Source of the DNA: an uncultured Candidatus Saccharibacteria bacterium | GTDB taxonomy: Bacteria > Patescibacteriota > Doudnabacteria > UBA920 | Reading direction: 5' to 3' | Length of the DNA stretch: 64,000 nucleotides | NCBI GenBank assembly: GCA_964402965.1 | Contig: CAYODY010000001.1 | Location: forward strand, 72,002-136,001 | Part shown: positions 39,136-49,741 of the stretch, piece after piece | How positions within the stretch are numbered: position 1 is the first letter of the stretch | How the letters are laid out: each line of letters starts with the position of its first letter | The notes under the pieces: model-generated | Databases searched by the model: none | Told to the model about the DNA's origin: nothing | The model's input: the letters and a program-made list of their open reading frames with translations, nothing else | Made by a program: the position numbers and the translations under genes

Positions 39136-41236
39136 AGAATGAGTCAGATTTTAATGATGAATTAAAAATTCCAGTTTCCCATGCTCTATTCCAGTCATCC
39201 GCCTTTACTTCGTATTCAAAGTTTTGTTCTAAAGTACCAGGTTGTTTTTGAACAATTAAACTTAAATGGTCAACAGGTTTTAATTTAAAAGGTAAGGCAT
39301 AGGTTAATGTAACCGTCTTAGACTCTCCCCCATTTACAACAAGCCAATTTCCAAACCAAGTTTTTCCAGATTCTTTTCCAATGTTAGTACCACTGACTGT
39401 ATCTTGTTTTACTTCAGCTTGCCAATTTTTCACAAATTCATCTTGCACATAACCTGTTAAGTCTAAACGAGGAATTTGAATGTCTGAATTAAATCCACTA
39501 CTTGAAATTAAATTTGAACCTTCCGGAACATAGAATCTAATGAAACTTTTATTTTCCAAACCTGCTTCATTAGGAAGTGGATTTGTAACAGTAAATTTTA
39601 TGGTATTTGTAATAACTCCTTCCTTCGTAATTTCTGAAAGAAGTTTACTGGAACGCTGAATATACCTATCTGTTTTTGTTCCACCTAGGTTGGAAGTAAC
39701 TATGCCTAAATAGTCGCGGTCTGTCTCTGCAAGTTTTCCTCCCCAGTTCAATGCGAGAATTTTATTTTGTAACTCAGTTGACCTTGACCATAGAAGGATT
39801 TGCTTTTGAGATAAATTCTTCTGCATTACTTCAATGTAGTTCATTAATCCACCAGAACTACTTAGTTTGTCCATGAGTATTGGAAAGAAATCCGCCAAAA
39901 ATTGTTTTGGTTGATTAAGCGTTTTGTCATAGTTCACTGAAGTTTCAGTTTGAGTTTGTTCTATGAAATTATCTTTTGTCAGAGTTACATTGTGTTGTGG
40001 AAGTGTAATTGGACCAGTTTTGTCGAGCATGTCCAAAATTACTTCTGGGGTAAGAACTATAATTAAATCTGGAGTTTCTCCACCTTCTTTTTCGTACATA
40101 GATGAAATTCTGCTAGCACTTTCTGGAAAACTCGCAAACCAATTGCTGTCACGCAAAAACCATTTATCGTTAACGGCGATTATTGGTTGAGGTGGTACAA
40201 TGTTTTCTTTGAGTTGTCCGTCGTAATCGTAAACGCTTCTGATATCTAAAGATTTAATGCTTCCATCTACTAAAGTAGCTTTTCCTACAGTTCCCATAAA
40301 CCCACCACTCGCTCTTAACTCATTGTTGTTTTGGAAAACAATAAGGACATTTTTTTGTCCAAGTAAAATTTGGAATAACAAAGAATATACATCTTTCACT
40401 GTGTCAGAGTTGGTTTGGAATATTGTTGCAATATCTTTTGCTGCAATGAATTGAGATCTCTTGCTTTCAGGAATTGTACTAATAGAAACTTTGTTAAGTT
40501 TTTCTGCTGCCAAATTTACACTCATTACACTTGAGTCAAGTAATTGCTGTGCTTTTTCTAAAGTTTGTTTATTCTTTGTTCCTGCGTCTAAACCAATAGC
40601 TCCAATTTTTACTGTGCTGAGTAGTTGTAATAATTGAGTTGTTTGTATTCCAGCTTGAGTAATTAGTTGAGCGGAAGAAATTAAATTATCTGCGTCGTAT
40701 TTTTGTGGGATTACTGCTAACACGCCTTGCAACGCTAAGTCTGCAGAATCCAAAGTTTCTTTGCTGTTCTTAAATGCTTCTAATGCTTTTGTAAGATGTT
40801 GTTGTGTTAACTCAAAGTTTTGAGATTCTAGAGATGTTTTTGCTTCTTGAAGATAATTTAATCCTGTATCACTTGTCCCCAATACGCGACCCTTTACTTG
40901 CATACCACTTGCTACAAGATTTAAACCGTAAATTCCAGTCACTGAAATTAAAACAGTTAAAGAGAAAATAGCAATTTTCCTTCTAAAATACACTAAGTGA
41001 ATTTTAGTGAAAATACTTTTTGTTCTTGATGGTATTGAATAAATAAATTTTATTATCGTAATCGGAAGTTTAATTATTTCTATTACTCCAAATCCTACAA
41101 TGTAGCACAAGTTAACGAGTGATTTTATTAAAAAAATGAAGAATCTTATTATGTTTCCAAAAACACCAGTTTGTTTTGTATACGAAACTGGTTCAACTAA
41201 ATCATGGTGCAAATAAAATTTTACTTCTTTTTTCAT
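39113..41236 (-). CDS. hypothetical large membrane-anchored extracellular protein (no confident family; possibly DUF4012-like)
   Basis: 707 aa. N-terminal hydrophobic region then a large hydrophilic domain with NNNELRASGGFMGTVGKATL. Overlaps murJ by 23 nt, implying co-transcription with cell-envelope genes. Confidence 0.4.
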   Translation of the reverse strand: MKKEVKFYLHHDLVEPVSYTKQTGVFGNIIRFFIFLIKSLVNLCYIVGFGVIEIIKLPITIIKFIYSIPSRTKSIFTKIHLVYFRRKIAIFSLTVLISVTGIYGLNLVASGMQVKGRVLGTSDTGLNYLQEAKTSLESQNFELTQQHLTKALEAFKNSKETLDSADLALQGVLAVIPQKYDADNLISSAQLITQAGIQTTQLLQLLSTVKIGAIGLDAGTKNKQTLEKAQQLLDSSVMSVNLAAEKLNKVSISTIPESKRSQFIAAKDIATIFQTNSDTVKDVYSLLFQILLGQKNVLIVFQNNNELRASGGFMGTVGKATLVDGSIKSLDIRSVYDYDGQLKENIVPPQPIIAVNDKWFLRDSNWFASFPESASRISSMYEKEGGETPDLIIVLTPEVILDMLDKTGPITLPQHNVTLTKDNFIEQTQTETSVNYDKTLNQPKQFLADFFPILMDKLSSSGGLMNYIEVMQKNLSQKQILLWSRSTELQNKILALNWGGKLAETDRDYLGIVTSNLGGTKTDRYIQRSSKLLSEITKEGVITNTIKFTVTNPLPNEAGLENKSFIRFYVPEGSNLISSSGFNSDIQIPRLDLTGYVQDEFVKNWQAEVKQDTVSGTNIGKESGKTWFGNWLVVNGGESKTVTLTYALPFKLKPVDHLSLIVQKQPGTLEQNFEYEVKADDWNRAWETGIFNSSLKSDSFFGLVLHK

Positions 41237-41243
41237 TTAAAAT

Positions 41244-42371
41244 TTATGTCTTGCTAATTTGACGGACTTCAGATTGTTTAGAAATATTTAGCACTATTCC
41301 ACAGCCAGTTAAAGTGATCACTAGCGCGCTACTTCCATAGCTAAAAAATGGTAATGGAATTCCTGTCAGAGGTAGTAATCCTGTAATAGCCCCTATATTT
41401 ACAACAAAAGCTGAGCCAATTACTGCGATCACCCCAACAACTAGCATTTTACCAAATAAGTCGGGTGCTCGGTAGCTAATTTGTATGCCACGAAGCAAAA
41501 ATATCCCAAATAGGGCGATGATTATGAGAACTCGAATAAAACCAAGCTCTTCGGCCATTATAGCGAAAATAGAGTCATTAATTGCTTCAGGAAGGTATGA
41601 ATACTTCTGACGAGAATGACCGTAGCCATATCCAAACCATCCACCGCTACCTATCGCTATTATGGCTTGGTTAATTTGGTATCCAATACCTAAAGGATCT
41701 ACAGATCTATTTAAAAACGCTGTAATACGTTGTACTCGGTAAGGTTCAAGTTTAATTAGAGCTAGCAATGAAACTACAAATCCTAAACTTAGCCAACCAA
41801 AGTAGCGCAGTTGAATTCCACCAACAAACATCATAATAGCTGCAGTTAATGAAAGTGAAATCATTGTACCTAAGTCCGGTTGCCAAAGAATTAACAAACA
41901 GAACAATCCAATGATTACAACTGGTGGGAAAACAGACTGCATAAATCCTTTGTGATGACTTCTTTCGCTCATCCAGCCAGCCAAGTAAATTATCAAGGCT
42001 AATTTTGCCGCTTCAGATGGTTGAAACAGAATTGGTCCAATATGAATCCAGCGAGTTGCACCGTTAGCGCTAAAACCAATTCCAGGAAGTTTTACCATAA
42101 CTAATGCAACAAGAGTGGTAAGGAGAGCAATTGGAATCATTTTTTTCCAAAAATGATAGTCAATGCGTGAAGCAATATACATTCCAACTAATCCAAGACC
42201 AATACCATAAAAAAGTTGGTGAGAAAAATAGTAACTAGTGTAGCCAAAGTTTTTTTGTGACTCAACAGTAGAAGCTGACCAAAGCATAATTAAACCAGTC
42301 AGCAAAAGTGTCCCGAGTAGAATTAAGAATATGTAGTCAACTTTTTTCCTTGTCTTAGCCATGTTATTCAC
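41244..42371 (-). CDS. ftsW: peptidoglycan glycosyltransferase FtsW (SEDS family)
   Basis: 10-TM SEDS protein. Located between murD and murJ in a dcw-like cluster. 375 aa. Confidence 0.85.
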   Translation of the reverse strand: MNNMAKTRKKVDYIFLILLGTLLLTGLIMLWSASTVESQKNFGYTSYYFSHQLFYGIGLGLVGMYIASRIDYHFWKKMIPIALLTTLVALVMVKLPGIGFSANGATRWIHIGPILFQPSEAAKLALIIYLAGWMSERSHHKGFMQSVFPPVVIIGLFCLLILWQPDLGTMISLSLTAAIMMFVGGIQLRYFGWLSLGFVVSLLALIKLEPYRVQRITAFLNRSVDPLGIGYQINQAIIAIGSGGWFGYGYGHSRQKYSYLPEAINDSIFAIMAEELGFIRVLIIIALFGIFLLRGIQISYRAPDLFGKMLVVGVIAVIGSAFVVNIGAITGLLPLTGIPLPFFSYGSSALVITLTGCGIVLNISKQSEVRQISKT

Positions 42372-43734
42372 TTACTAATTTTACAAATGTAGTTCCTCGT
42401 TCTGCGTAATTTTTAAACATATCAAACGATGCACTAGCAGGACTCAATAAAACAACATCTCCCTTTTTAGCACGATCTTTTGTTTCTTTAATAGCTAAAG
42501 CGAAGTCAGTGTAAGGACCGAATGTTGGAATACTGCTCGACTGCGCATCTAATAATTGTTTTATTGTATTACCTGTTTTTCCAAGCAGTGTAATGCTCGC
42601 TATATTTTTTCTGCTAATGAGATCTTTAACTAAATCGGTGTAATCTAGCCCTTTGTCGGATCCACCTAATAACAAATGCACTGGTTCAGTGAAAGAATTT
42701 AATGCCGCAATAGTAGTGTCAGGTACTGTTGAAATTGAATCATTGTAATACATTACTTCATTTTGTTCTCCTACCAATTGCAGTCTGTGTTCCAAACCTT
42801 TAAAATTTGTGACTGATTTAGTAATGTTCTCGGTAGAAATATCTAAAATAGATGCCGCAACAGTTGCTGCTGCGATGTTTTCCAAGTTATGAACGCCGCG
42901 CAGTGTTCTATTTGAGCAGTCAATAACTATATCCGCTTTAAATGGACTAGTTAAAATAATTTTTTCACCATCAATGTATGCTCCCTGAGTAGGTTTTGAT
43001 TTAGTTGAAAAAGTATATTTTTGTCCTAATCCTTGCTCCCCAATTTTTACAGATGCCTCGTGATCCGAATTGTAAATTACAAAATCATTTTGATTCTGAT
43101 GAGCACAGATAGATGCTTTTGCATTATGGTATTCATCTAAATTTTCATGGTGGTCTAGGTGGTCAGAAGTAACCATTAAGCAGATTCCTATATGTGGACT
43201 AATTGTAAGATCTTGTAATTGAAAACTAGAGAGTTCGTACACTACAAAGTCAGAAGCTTTTAACTCCGAAAGAAATTCCAATGGTTGAATTTTACCAATG
43301 TTTCCTGTTAAATAGGCGTGTCTAAAACTTGCTTTTAAACAGTCGTAAATAATAGAACTTGTAGTTCCTTTTCCTTTAGTACCAGTTATTCCAATGATAG
43401 TAGCAGGGCAGTTTTCAAAAAACCACTTTGTTTGGCTGGTAATAACTGAACCTTTCCTTTCCGCTTCTAGAATTTTTGGTTCATTGCGCCATACTCCAGG
43501 ACTTCTAAATAAAACTGTTGATTCTGAAATTGTATCTAAATAGTTTTCTCCTTGAACAATCGTTGTGTGATACTGGTGTGCGAATTGTTTGGTGTCTTCA
43601 GGAAGTTTGTCAAAATTTTTGTCGTAAACTGTAGCGCTGATTCCATTTTTTGCGAGGTAGTGCAAAACAGCTTGCCCTTCTTGGCCAAATCCTAAAATCC
43701 CAATTTTTTCACTTTTTAATTCAGCAATAGTCAT
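42364..43734 (-). CDS. murD: UDP-N-acetylmuramoylalanine--D-glutamate ligase
   Basis: Mur ligase P-loop IGITGTKGKGTTSSII. 456 aa. Located in the dcw cluster. Confidence 0.9.
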   Translation of the reverse strand: MTIAELKSEKIGILGFGQEGQAVLHYLAKNGISATVYDKNFDKLPEDTKQFAHQYHTTIVQGENYLDTISESTVLFRSPGVWRNEPKILEAERKGSVITSQTKWFFENCPATIIGITGTKGKGTTSSIIYDCLKASFRHAYLTGNIGKIQPLEFLSELKASDFVVYELSSFQLQDLTISPHIGICLMVTSDHLDHHENLDEYHNAKASICAHQNQNDFVIYNSDHEASVKIGEQGLGQKYTFSTKSKPTQGAYIDGEKIILTSPFKADIVIDCSNRTLRGVHNLENIAAATVAASILDISTENITKSVTNFKGLEHRLQLVGEQNEVMYYNDSISTVPDTTIAALNSFTEPVHLLLGGSDKGLDYTDLVKDLISRKNIASITLLGKTGNTIKQLLDAQSSSIPTFGPYTDFALAIKETKDRAKKGDVVLLSPASASFDMFKNYAERGTTFVKLVSE

Positions 43735-43735
43735 G

Positions 43736-45316
43736 TTACTCCCCTTTCTTTAAAAACACTCCGGAAAGTTCTTTAGACACAACTTTATTTGAAACTGCTA
43801 ATTTACCATTTACCCAAATATGACTAATACCATTAGCATATTGATATGGGTTTTCTATTGAAGATTGAGAATCAATTTTTTTAGGATCAAACAAAACTAG
43901 ATCTGCTTTAGCATCTATAGCAATCACTCCTCTGTCGCGTAATCCAACTTTTTTAGCAGGACCAGAAGTTAATTTGCGAATAGCTTCTGGAAGTGATATT
44001 GCTCGACTTTCTTCAACATCATGAAGGAACTTTGGCGCAGTGCCAAAACATCTTGGGTGCACCAACTTTTTGGTTGCATTTTTACTAGATTCAATCGCAT
44101 AACCACTTCCATTTGTTCCGACAAATGCAAGAGAATGATGAATCATACTATCTACAACTTCTTTGCTTAGACTGTTGTCGAAAACCAAAATTTCGCTACC
44201 GCCATTTTCAATTAAATGCAAAAGAGCTTCTTCGCTAGTTGTGCCAAAGCTTGCCGCTATGCTTGAAAGAGGTTTCCCCGTTGCCATTAGTTTAGAAGAT
44301 GTAGAAGCTATCAGTAGCTCAGGAATATTACTATCCGAAGTGTTTAAGGCAGTTAAAATTTTAATTCTCTGCGATGGATTTTTCAGTAATTCTAATAGGG
44401 TTTCGCGCCCACCCATTGTTGCCCAAGATGGTAAGTAGGTATATAGCGGTTGCCATGTTGAAGTGTATGGGTATAGGTCAAAGTGAATATTTGCACCACG
44501 ATGCCACGCCGCTTCTAATTCCGTAAGAACATCTGTGACTAATGGCCAGTTTTTCTTGTGACGAATTTTTAAATGCGAGATTTTAATGTTTGCTCCTGCT
44601 TGTTCTGCACTAGCTATTACTTCTCTAACGCTTTCAATAATTCCTTCAGCTTCATTTCTAAGATGAACTGCAATGTATGCATTGTGTTTAGCAACTATCT
44701 TTGCTAGCTCGAAGAGTTCGACTTCAGAAATATTCGCTTCGTGTGCATAAGCAAATCCTGTGGAGATACCAAAAGCGCCCTCGTTTAAAGCATCCTCAGC
44801 AAGTCGTTTTAGAGTATTTAATTCTTCAACAGAGACAGCACTTTGCCTATCTCCAATTAAACCTCTACGTAAAGTTGAGTAACCGACTAGACTCGCAACG
44901 TTTGTACCAAATTTAAGTTTAGACATGCTATCTGTGAATTCCGCAAAACTACGCCAGTTTATGTTTGAGCCTTCCATAGCGTGCCATTTTTGTAAGCTGA
45001 GTAAAGCTTGTGAGGAAACCAAAGGCGCTAAACTAGCACCAGAGTTACCAACCATAACTGTTGTATAGCCCTGAGTTAGAATGCTTTCTAAACCTGGACC
45101 ATCGAACAATCTCCAATGACTATCGCTGTGATTTTGAATGTCTATGAACCCTGGAGCTAAAACTTGTCCATTAGCTTGCACAACTTCCTTTGCAGGAGTA
45201 TTTATTTCTGGAGCAATATTAACAATGCGGTCTCCTTCAACCGCAACATCGGCGTGAATTGCTTGGCCGCCAGTACCATCTATAACTAAAGCTTTTTTAA
45301 TTAGCAGTGAGTACAT
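43736..45316 (-). CDS. amidohydrolase-family protein, N-acyl-D-amino-acid deacylase (D-aminoacylase)-like
   Basis: N-terminal ALVIDGTGG...DVAVEGDRIVNIAP...VLAPGFIDIQNHSDSHW is the D-aminoacylase-type metal-dependent hydrolase pattern. 526 aa. Sits between mraY and murD. Confidence 0.65.
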   Translation of the reverse strand: MYSLLIKKALVIDGTGGQAIHADVAVEGDRIVNIAPEINTPAKEVVQANGQVLAPGFIDIQNHSDSHWRLFDGPGLESILTQGYTTVMVGNSGASLAPLVSSQALLSLQKWHAMEGSNINWRSFAEFTDSMSKLKFGTNVASLVGYSTLRRGLIGDRQSAVSVEELNTLKRLAEDALNEGAFGISTGFAYAHEANISEVELFELAKIVAKHNAYIAVHLRNEAEGIIESVREVIASAEQAGANIKISHLKIRHKKNWPLVTDVLTELEAAWHRGANIHFDLYPYTSTWQPLYTYLPSWATMGGRETLLELLKNPSQRIKILTALNTSDSNIPELLIASTSSKLMATGKPLSSIAASFGTTSEEALLHLIENGGSEILVFDNSLSKEVVDSMIHHSLAFVGTNGSGYAIESSKNATKKLVHPRCFGTAPKFLHDVEESRAISLPEAIRKLTSGPAKKVGLRDRGVIAIDAKADLVLFDPKKIDSQSSIENPYQYANGISHIWVNGKLAVSNKVVSKELSGVFLKKGE

Positions 45317-46381
45317 TTATCTGTCTATAAAAAATATTATTACACCAATAATTCCTGCAACAACAGAAAGGATCCAAAAACGCATCGTTACTTTAGATTC
45401 TGGCCAACCTGATGCTTCTAAATGATGATGAATAGGAGCGGAGAGAAACAGTTTTCTTTTAAACAGTTTTCTCCAAATAATTTGAAGGAAAAAACTTAAT
45501 GCTTCAATCACAAATATAATACCGATGATAGGCAGAATAAAAACAGTATTGGTCAGAAAAGCAACTATTGCTAAGAGCACTCCTAAGCCCATTGAACCTG
45601 TGTCTCCCATAAAAAATCTAGCAGGATGAACGTTAAACCATAGAAACGCCAAGAGTGCACCACATATTACGCCTAATAAGGCTGCTAAATCTGTGCGTCC
45701 TTCCATGAATGCGATAATAGCGAAACAGAAAAATGCTATAGACAACGTTCCCCCAGCAAGACCATCTAGTCCATCTGTTTGGTTTACTGAGAAACTTGTT
45801 CCTACAACAACAGCTATGAAAAATGGAATGAAAAATAGACCCAAGTAAACATCGCCGTAGAAAGGGATGTGCATAGAGTCGAAACCTAACTTTACAAAGA
45901 ACCACCACGCACCAATACTTGCTACTATGGCATACAGAAATACTTTGAATCTGAAACGTAGTCCACGCCCTTTGTGACCCATGCCTTTAATGTCTAAAAG
46001 ATCATCAGCAAAACCAACTAATGCAGCGCCTAGCATGGCACCAAGTGGCAAAAGAGTTTCTTTTCTAGTTAGAAAGTTTAAAATATGGAATTGAGAAATA
46101 TCCAAAACTCTGTCCAATGTCCAAAAAACTAACATAACTATTACTGTTGTTCCCCAAACTAAAATCCCACCCATTGTTGGAGTACCTGCTTTTTTTGCGT
46201 GCATTGCAGTATACAAAGGTGTTGTACCATCCGAACGGATAGGCTTACCTAATTTGAAATGATAAAGCAATTGTGTAAGAAGAGGAGTCAACACAATTGC
46301 TACTAAAAAGGCTATCGAACTTAAGCTAAATATTTTAATTAAATCATCTGTTGGCATAACTTTATTATACCACAAATTCAT
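45317..46381 (-). CDS. mraY: phospho-N-acetylmuramoyl-pentapeptide transferase MraY
   Basis: 10-TM protein with the conserved DD and DxxD loops of the MraY/WecA family. 354 aa. Confidence 0.9.
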   Translation of the reverse strand: MNLWYNKVMPTDDLIKIFSLSSIAFLVAIVLTPLLTQLLYHFKLGKPIRSDGTTPLYTAMHAKKAGTPTMGGILVWGTTVIVMLVFWTLDRVLDISQFHILNFLTRKETLLPLGAMLGAALVGFADDLLDIKGMGHKGRGLRFRFKVFLYAIVASIGAWWFFVKLGFDSMHIPFYGDVYLGLFFIPFFIAVVVGTSFSVNQTDGLDGLAGGTLSIAFFCFAIIAFMEGRTDLAALLGVICGALLAFLWFNVHPARFFMGDTGSMGLGVLLAIVAFLTNTVFILPIIGIIFVIEALSFFLQIIWRKLFKRKLFLSAPIHHHLEASGWPESKVTMRFWILSVVAGIIGVIIFFIDR

Positions 46382-47325
46382 TAATTATTAGGTTCAGAGA
46401 GAGTTTTTAACGCTCGGGTTTTCAAAAGCTTTGTATCGTTCTCTCTATTTGAACTACCTAAGACAATAATTATCAAATTCTGTTGTTCGTGGACTACAGA
46501 TGTAATCATTGCACCCTTTGCTTCATCTGTATACCCTGTCTTTATTGCATGTATCTCAGGATCACCTGCTAATAATTTGTTAGTGGCTTTAACCGAGTAG
46601 CTCTGTCCATTTTCACTAACAAAAGAATACTGAAGTTTTCTATCTACTTTAGTAAAAATTGGCAATTTCTCTGTTTCATTAATTAGTAACAGCAAATCAC
46701 TTGCTGAAGAATAATTTTGTTCACTATCGAATCCAATTGGATTTTCATAGTGTGTTGAGGTCATGCCAAGTCTTTTTGCCTCTGAGTTCATCAATTCTTC
46801 CATTGGCACTTTTTTTAGAGAAGTAATGTACACACCTAGGGTTGCAGCTGCGTCATTCGCAGACCCAATTAAAATTGAATTGATTAAATCTTCAATTTTG
46901 ACCCTATCCCCAACCTTTAAACCTAAAACAGGGTTAATATTTAACGTGCCTGAAGATGTAACTGCCCAAATGTCATTCAGGTTACCATATTTTTGAACCA
47001 CATAAGCAGTCATTAATTTGGTTATGCTTGCAATTGCTAAAGGAGTTTTTGGATTTCTAGAAGCAATCACTTCTCCTGTATTTTTATCTATTACTAAATA
47101 GCTTTCTGCTTTAACTCCTTCACCTATAATATCTTTGCTTTCTGAATCATCAAATGTTTTTCCTGATTGTGTATTCGTTGAAGGGCTGATTTTCGGAATA
47201 TCTGGCTGGGTCATTTCTGGAGCTAGTGTAGGATTCGAAAATACAAAAATAACCATTCCAGTAACCAGAATAGCAATTACTCCAAACATTAAATTCTTCG
47301 ATATTTTCCTTACTTTTTTGCGCAT
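46381..47325 (-). CDS. D-alanyl-D-alanine carboxypeptidase (PBP5/DacA-like, peptidase S11)
   Basis: SxxK (ASITK), SxN (SANDAA) and KTG (IKTGYT) active-site motifs. N-terminal TM/signal. 314 aa. Confidence 0.85.
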   Translation of the reverse strand: MRKKVRKISKNLMFGVIAILVTGMVIFVFSNPTLAPEMTQPDIPKISPSTNTQSGKTFDDSESKDIIGEGVKAESYLVIDKNTGEVIASRNPKTPLAIASITKLMTAYVVQKYGNLNDIWAVTSSGTLNINPVLGLKVGDRVKIEDLINSILIGSANDAAATLGVYITSLKKVPMEELMNSEAKRLGMTSTHYENPIGFDSEQNYSSASDLLLLINETEKLPIFTKVDRKLQYSFVSENGQSYSVKATNKLLAGDPEIHAIKTGYTDEAKGAMITSVVHEQQNLIIIVLGSSNRENDTKLLKTRALKTLSEPNN

Positions 47326-47365
47326 TTAACTGTGTATTTACACTATCATTATAATCTAAATTTGA

Positions 47366-47394
47366 TTGACAATCTACCCTTAACTCGGTTAATA
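47366..47394 (+). promoter_or_regulatory. candidate sigma70 promoter for trxA (TTGACA, 17-nt spacer, TTAATA)
   Basis: TTGACA at 47366-47371 and TTAATA at 47389-47394, with a 17-nt spacer, ~37 nt upstream of the trxA ATG. Confidence 0.4.
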
Positions 47395-47430
47395 TTACTT
47401 GGCAAGTATAAGTAAAGACAAAATATATAT

Positions 47431-47751
47431 ATGAAGGAAATTAAAGTTTCTCAAGATAATTTTGAACAGGAAGTACTAAAGTCCGATATCCCTGTTTTAG
47501 TTGATTTTTGGGCAGAATGGTGCGGTCCTTGTAAGATTGTTGGACCAATTCTATCAGAACTTTCTGTTGAATATGAAGGAAAGATGAAAATCGCTAAACT
47601 AAATGTTGACGATAATCCTGACCTTACTAGCCGTTACAACGTAATGAGTATTCCAACTATGAAGTTCTTCAAGGGTGGAGAAATTGTTGGAGAGCTTGTT
47701 GGTGCAGCACCAAAGAATATGATAGAAGCAGAAATGGCAAAACATATCTAA
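47431..47751 (+). CDS. trxA: thioredoxin
   Basis: WCGPC active site (FWAEWCGPCK). 106 aa. Confidence 0.93.
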   Translation: MKEIKVSQDNFEQEVLKSDIPVLVDFWAEWCGPCKIVGPILSELSVEYEGKMKIAKLNVDDNPDLTSRYNVMSIPTMKFFKGGEIVGELVGAAPKNMIEAEMAKHI

Positions 47752-47785
47752 AATACTTCTCAATACAGATTGATCATAAAACTAA

Positions 47786-47816
47786 AAGCACTTTGCGTGA
47801 AGCAAGGTGCTTTTTT
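47786..47816. terminator. bidirectional rho-independent terminator between trxA and the convergent ATPase gene
   Basis: AAAAGCACTTTGC-gtgaa-GCAAGGTGCTTTTTT. Confidence 0.7.
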
Positions 47817-47823
47817 AAATAAA

Positions 47824-49728
47824 CTATAGTTGATGAGTTTCGCCTGGCTGAACTACAACTGAACTAGAATTTGAATTTGTCTGACTTGTTTGATTTGTCT
47901 GGGCGTTTTCTGTAATTGGACTTTGTTTAACTACTTCAGACACATCATTTGTAGCGTGGTTTGAATTAAAAGCTTCTTCAATCTTTTTGGTAATTTGTTG
48001 TGACTTCTCAGTTTGTAGACTCGCTGCAGACTCCCAAATTTTATGCTGGTTTGTTTTTTGGGGTTTGTTTGAATTATTTACATTCCTATTATTTGCACCG
48101 TTTTTATTAAAGGGTTTGAAATCTTGCTTTTTATCTGCTCTCTGAGCAGGTTTTGGTTCATGGTTTTGTTCAAATTTTTGTACTGGTTTTGAATCAGTTT
48201 TCTGAGTACGAACTTGTTGCATCCTGTCTTTAAAATCTGCAGATATTTTTATAGCAGGAGTTTGTGGTTCAGAAGCTTGAGATGATTCGTTATGATTCGA
48301 ATTTGCAGTTGTTTCGTTTAATAATTTCTCGGTTATTATTTCTGTTTTTTTCTCTTTTTGCGAAACTTCATTTCGTTCAGCAGCTTGAGCTTTTTCACTA
48401 CCACTAGCACTTTCTGCCGCTGCTTCGTGGAATTCTGCACCCATCCAACGGTTAATCTTGTCTTCTACTTCTGCCATCGGATTAGCATAGCGCTCACGAG
48501 AAACTTTGATAACCTTCTCTGCATTGCCAGTAAACCATGATTCATCAACTTGAATACTTGTTGCTGTGAATGGATCACTAGCCACACCGTTAATCATTAA
48601 CTTTAAAATCACATTGTATTTTGGAATGTTTACAATATCGTTTGGAGTAAAAGATGGTTCAAACTCTGTTTCTAAGTATTCAGCATCTGCAGCACCTACA
48701 CGAAACACAACCATTGTTCCAACGTTACCAAAAACCGCATCACGCATTTTTGTATTTCCTTCTGGGACTAATTGGCCAATGTATTGGTGGCCCATCGTTA
48801 GGTTTAAACGATATTTTCTGGCTTCACTAAGAATAGTAGCAAAGGAATCAGTTACAAAGTTTTGGAACTCATCTACGTATAAATAAAAGTCTTTACGTTC
48901 TTTTTCTGGTATATCTACTCGAGACAAAGCAGCAAGTTGAAGTTTAGTAATAATCATTGCACCAAGTAATGCAGAGTTATCTTCTCCGACTTTACCTTTT
49001 GACAAATCTAGCAGTAGGATTTTTTGTCCATCCATAATTTCTCTTAAATCTATAGTAGATTTTGGTTGTCCTACAATGTTACGAATAACTGCTGATGACA
49101 AAAATTGCCCAACTTTATTTTGGATAGGCGCAACAGCTTCTGTTCGGTATTTTTCCGCATAGTTTGCAAATTCTTCCATCCAGAAAGCTTTCACCATAGG
49201 GTCTTTAACAGCATCAACAATTTTCTTTCTATATTTTTTATCTACGTACATACGGACAATACCTAGCATGGTATTTCCTGGACTGTCTAGTAAAGCAAGA
49301 ATTGTATTGTTTAAGATGTATTCCATACGACTAGACCACATGCTCGCCCAAATTTTAGTGAAAACACCCATTAAACCAGAAGCAACCAAATGTTTGTATT
49401 TGGTATCTACGGCTTCTAAGATATTAAAAGCGATTGGATGATCTAAGTCAGCAGGATTGAAATATACTACATCATTAATTCGTTCATTTGGAACAAAATC
49501 TAAAATTTTACGAATTGAGTCACCATGTGGATCAATAAAACAAACACCTTGGCCATTTCGAATATCTTGAATTGCCATGTTTTCCATCATGGTTGTTTTT
49601 CCCATACCGGTTTTTCCAATTAGGTACATATGACGACGACGGTCATCTGTTTTAATACCAAAAGGAACTTGCCTATTACGGAAGCTTGTTTTTGCAAAGT
49701 AGTTAATTCTGTTTTCGTGTTCTATCAT
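47824..49728 (-). CDS. soluble VirD4/TraG/TrwB-like (type IV coupling protein superfamily; HerA/FtsK-like alternative) P-loop ATPase with a Q/N/S-rich disordered C-terminus
   Basis: Walker A YLIGKTGMGKTT followed by CFIDPHGD (the DPxGD motif seen after the P-loop in T4CPs) and Walker B LYVDEFQNF. No N-terminal TM. The last ~200 aa are low-complexity. Confidence 0.55.
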   Translation of the reverse strand: MIEHENRINYFAKTSFRNRQVPFGIKTDDRRRHMYLIGKTGMGKTTMMENMAIQDIRNGQGVCFIDPHGDSIRKILDFVPNERINDVVYFNPADLDHPIAFNILEAVDTKYKHLVASGLMGVFTKIWASMWSSRMEYILNNTILALLDSPGNTMLGIVRMYVDKKYRKKIVDAVKDPMVKAFWMEEFANYAEKYRTEAVAPIQNKVGQFLSSAVIRNIVGQPKSTIDLREIMDGQKILLLDLSKGKVGEDNSALLGAMIITKLQLAALSRVDIPEKERKDFYLYVDEFQNFVTDSFATILSEARKYRLNLTMGHQYIGQLVPEGNTKMRDAVFGNVGTMVVFRVGAADAEYLETEFEPSFTPNDIVNIPKYNVILKLMINGVASDPFTATSIQVDESWFTGNAEKVIKVSRERYANPMAEVEDKINRWMGAEFHEAAAESASGSEKAQAAERNEVSQKEKKTEIITEKLLNETTANSNHNESSQASEPQTPAIKISADFKDRMQQVRTQKTDSKPVQKFEQNHEPKPAQRADKKQDFKPFNKNGANNRNVNNSNKPQKTNQHKIWESAASLQTEKSQQITKKIEEAFNSNHATNDVSEVVKQSPITENAQTNQTSQTNSNSSSVVVQPGETHQL

Positions 49729-49741
49729 GACTGGTTTTTAA

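Noticed and set aside
39113-41236. Considered calling the 707-aa protein a DUF4012-family member from the ELRASGGFMG motif
   Set aside because: I recall the family consensus only vaguely and cannot verify it without a profile search, so it is left as hypothetical.
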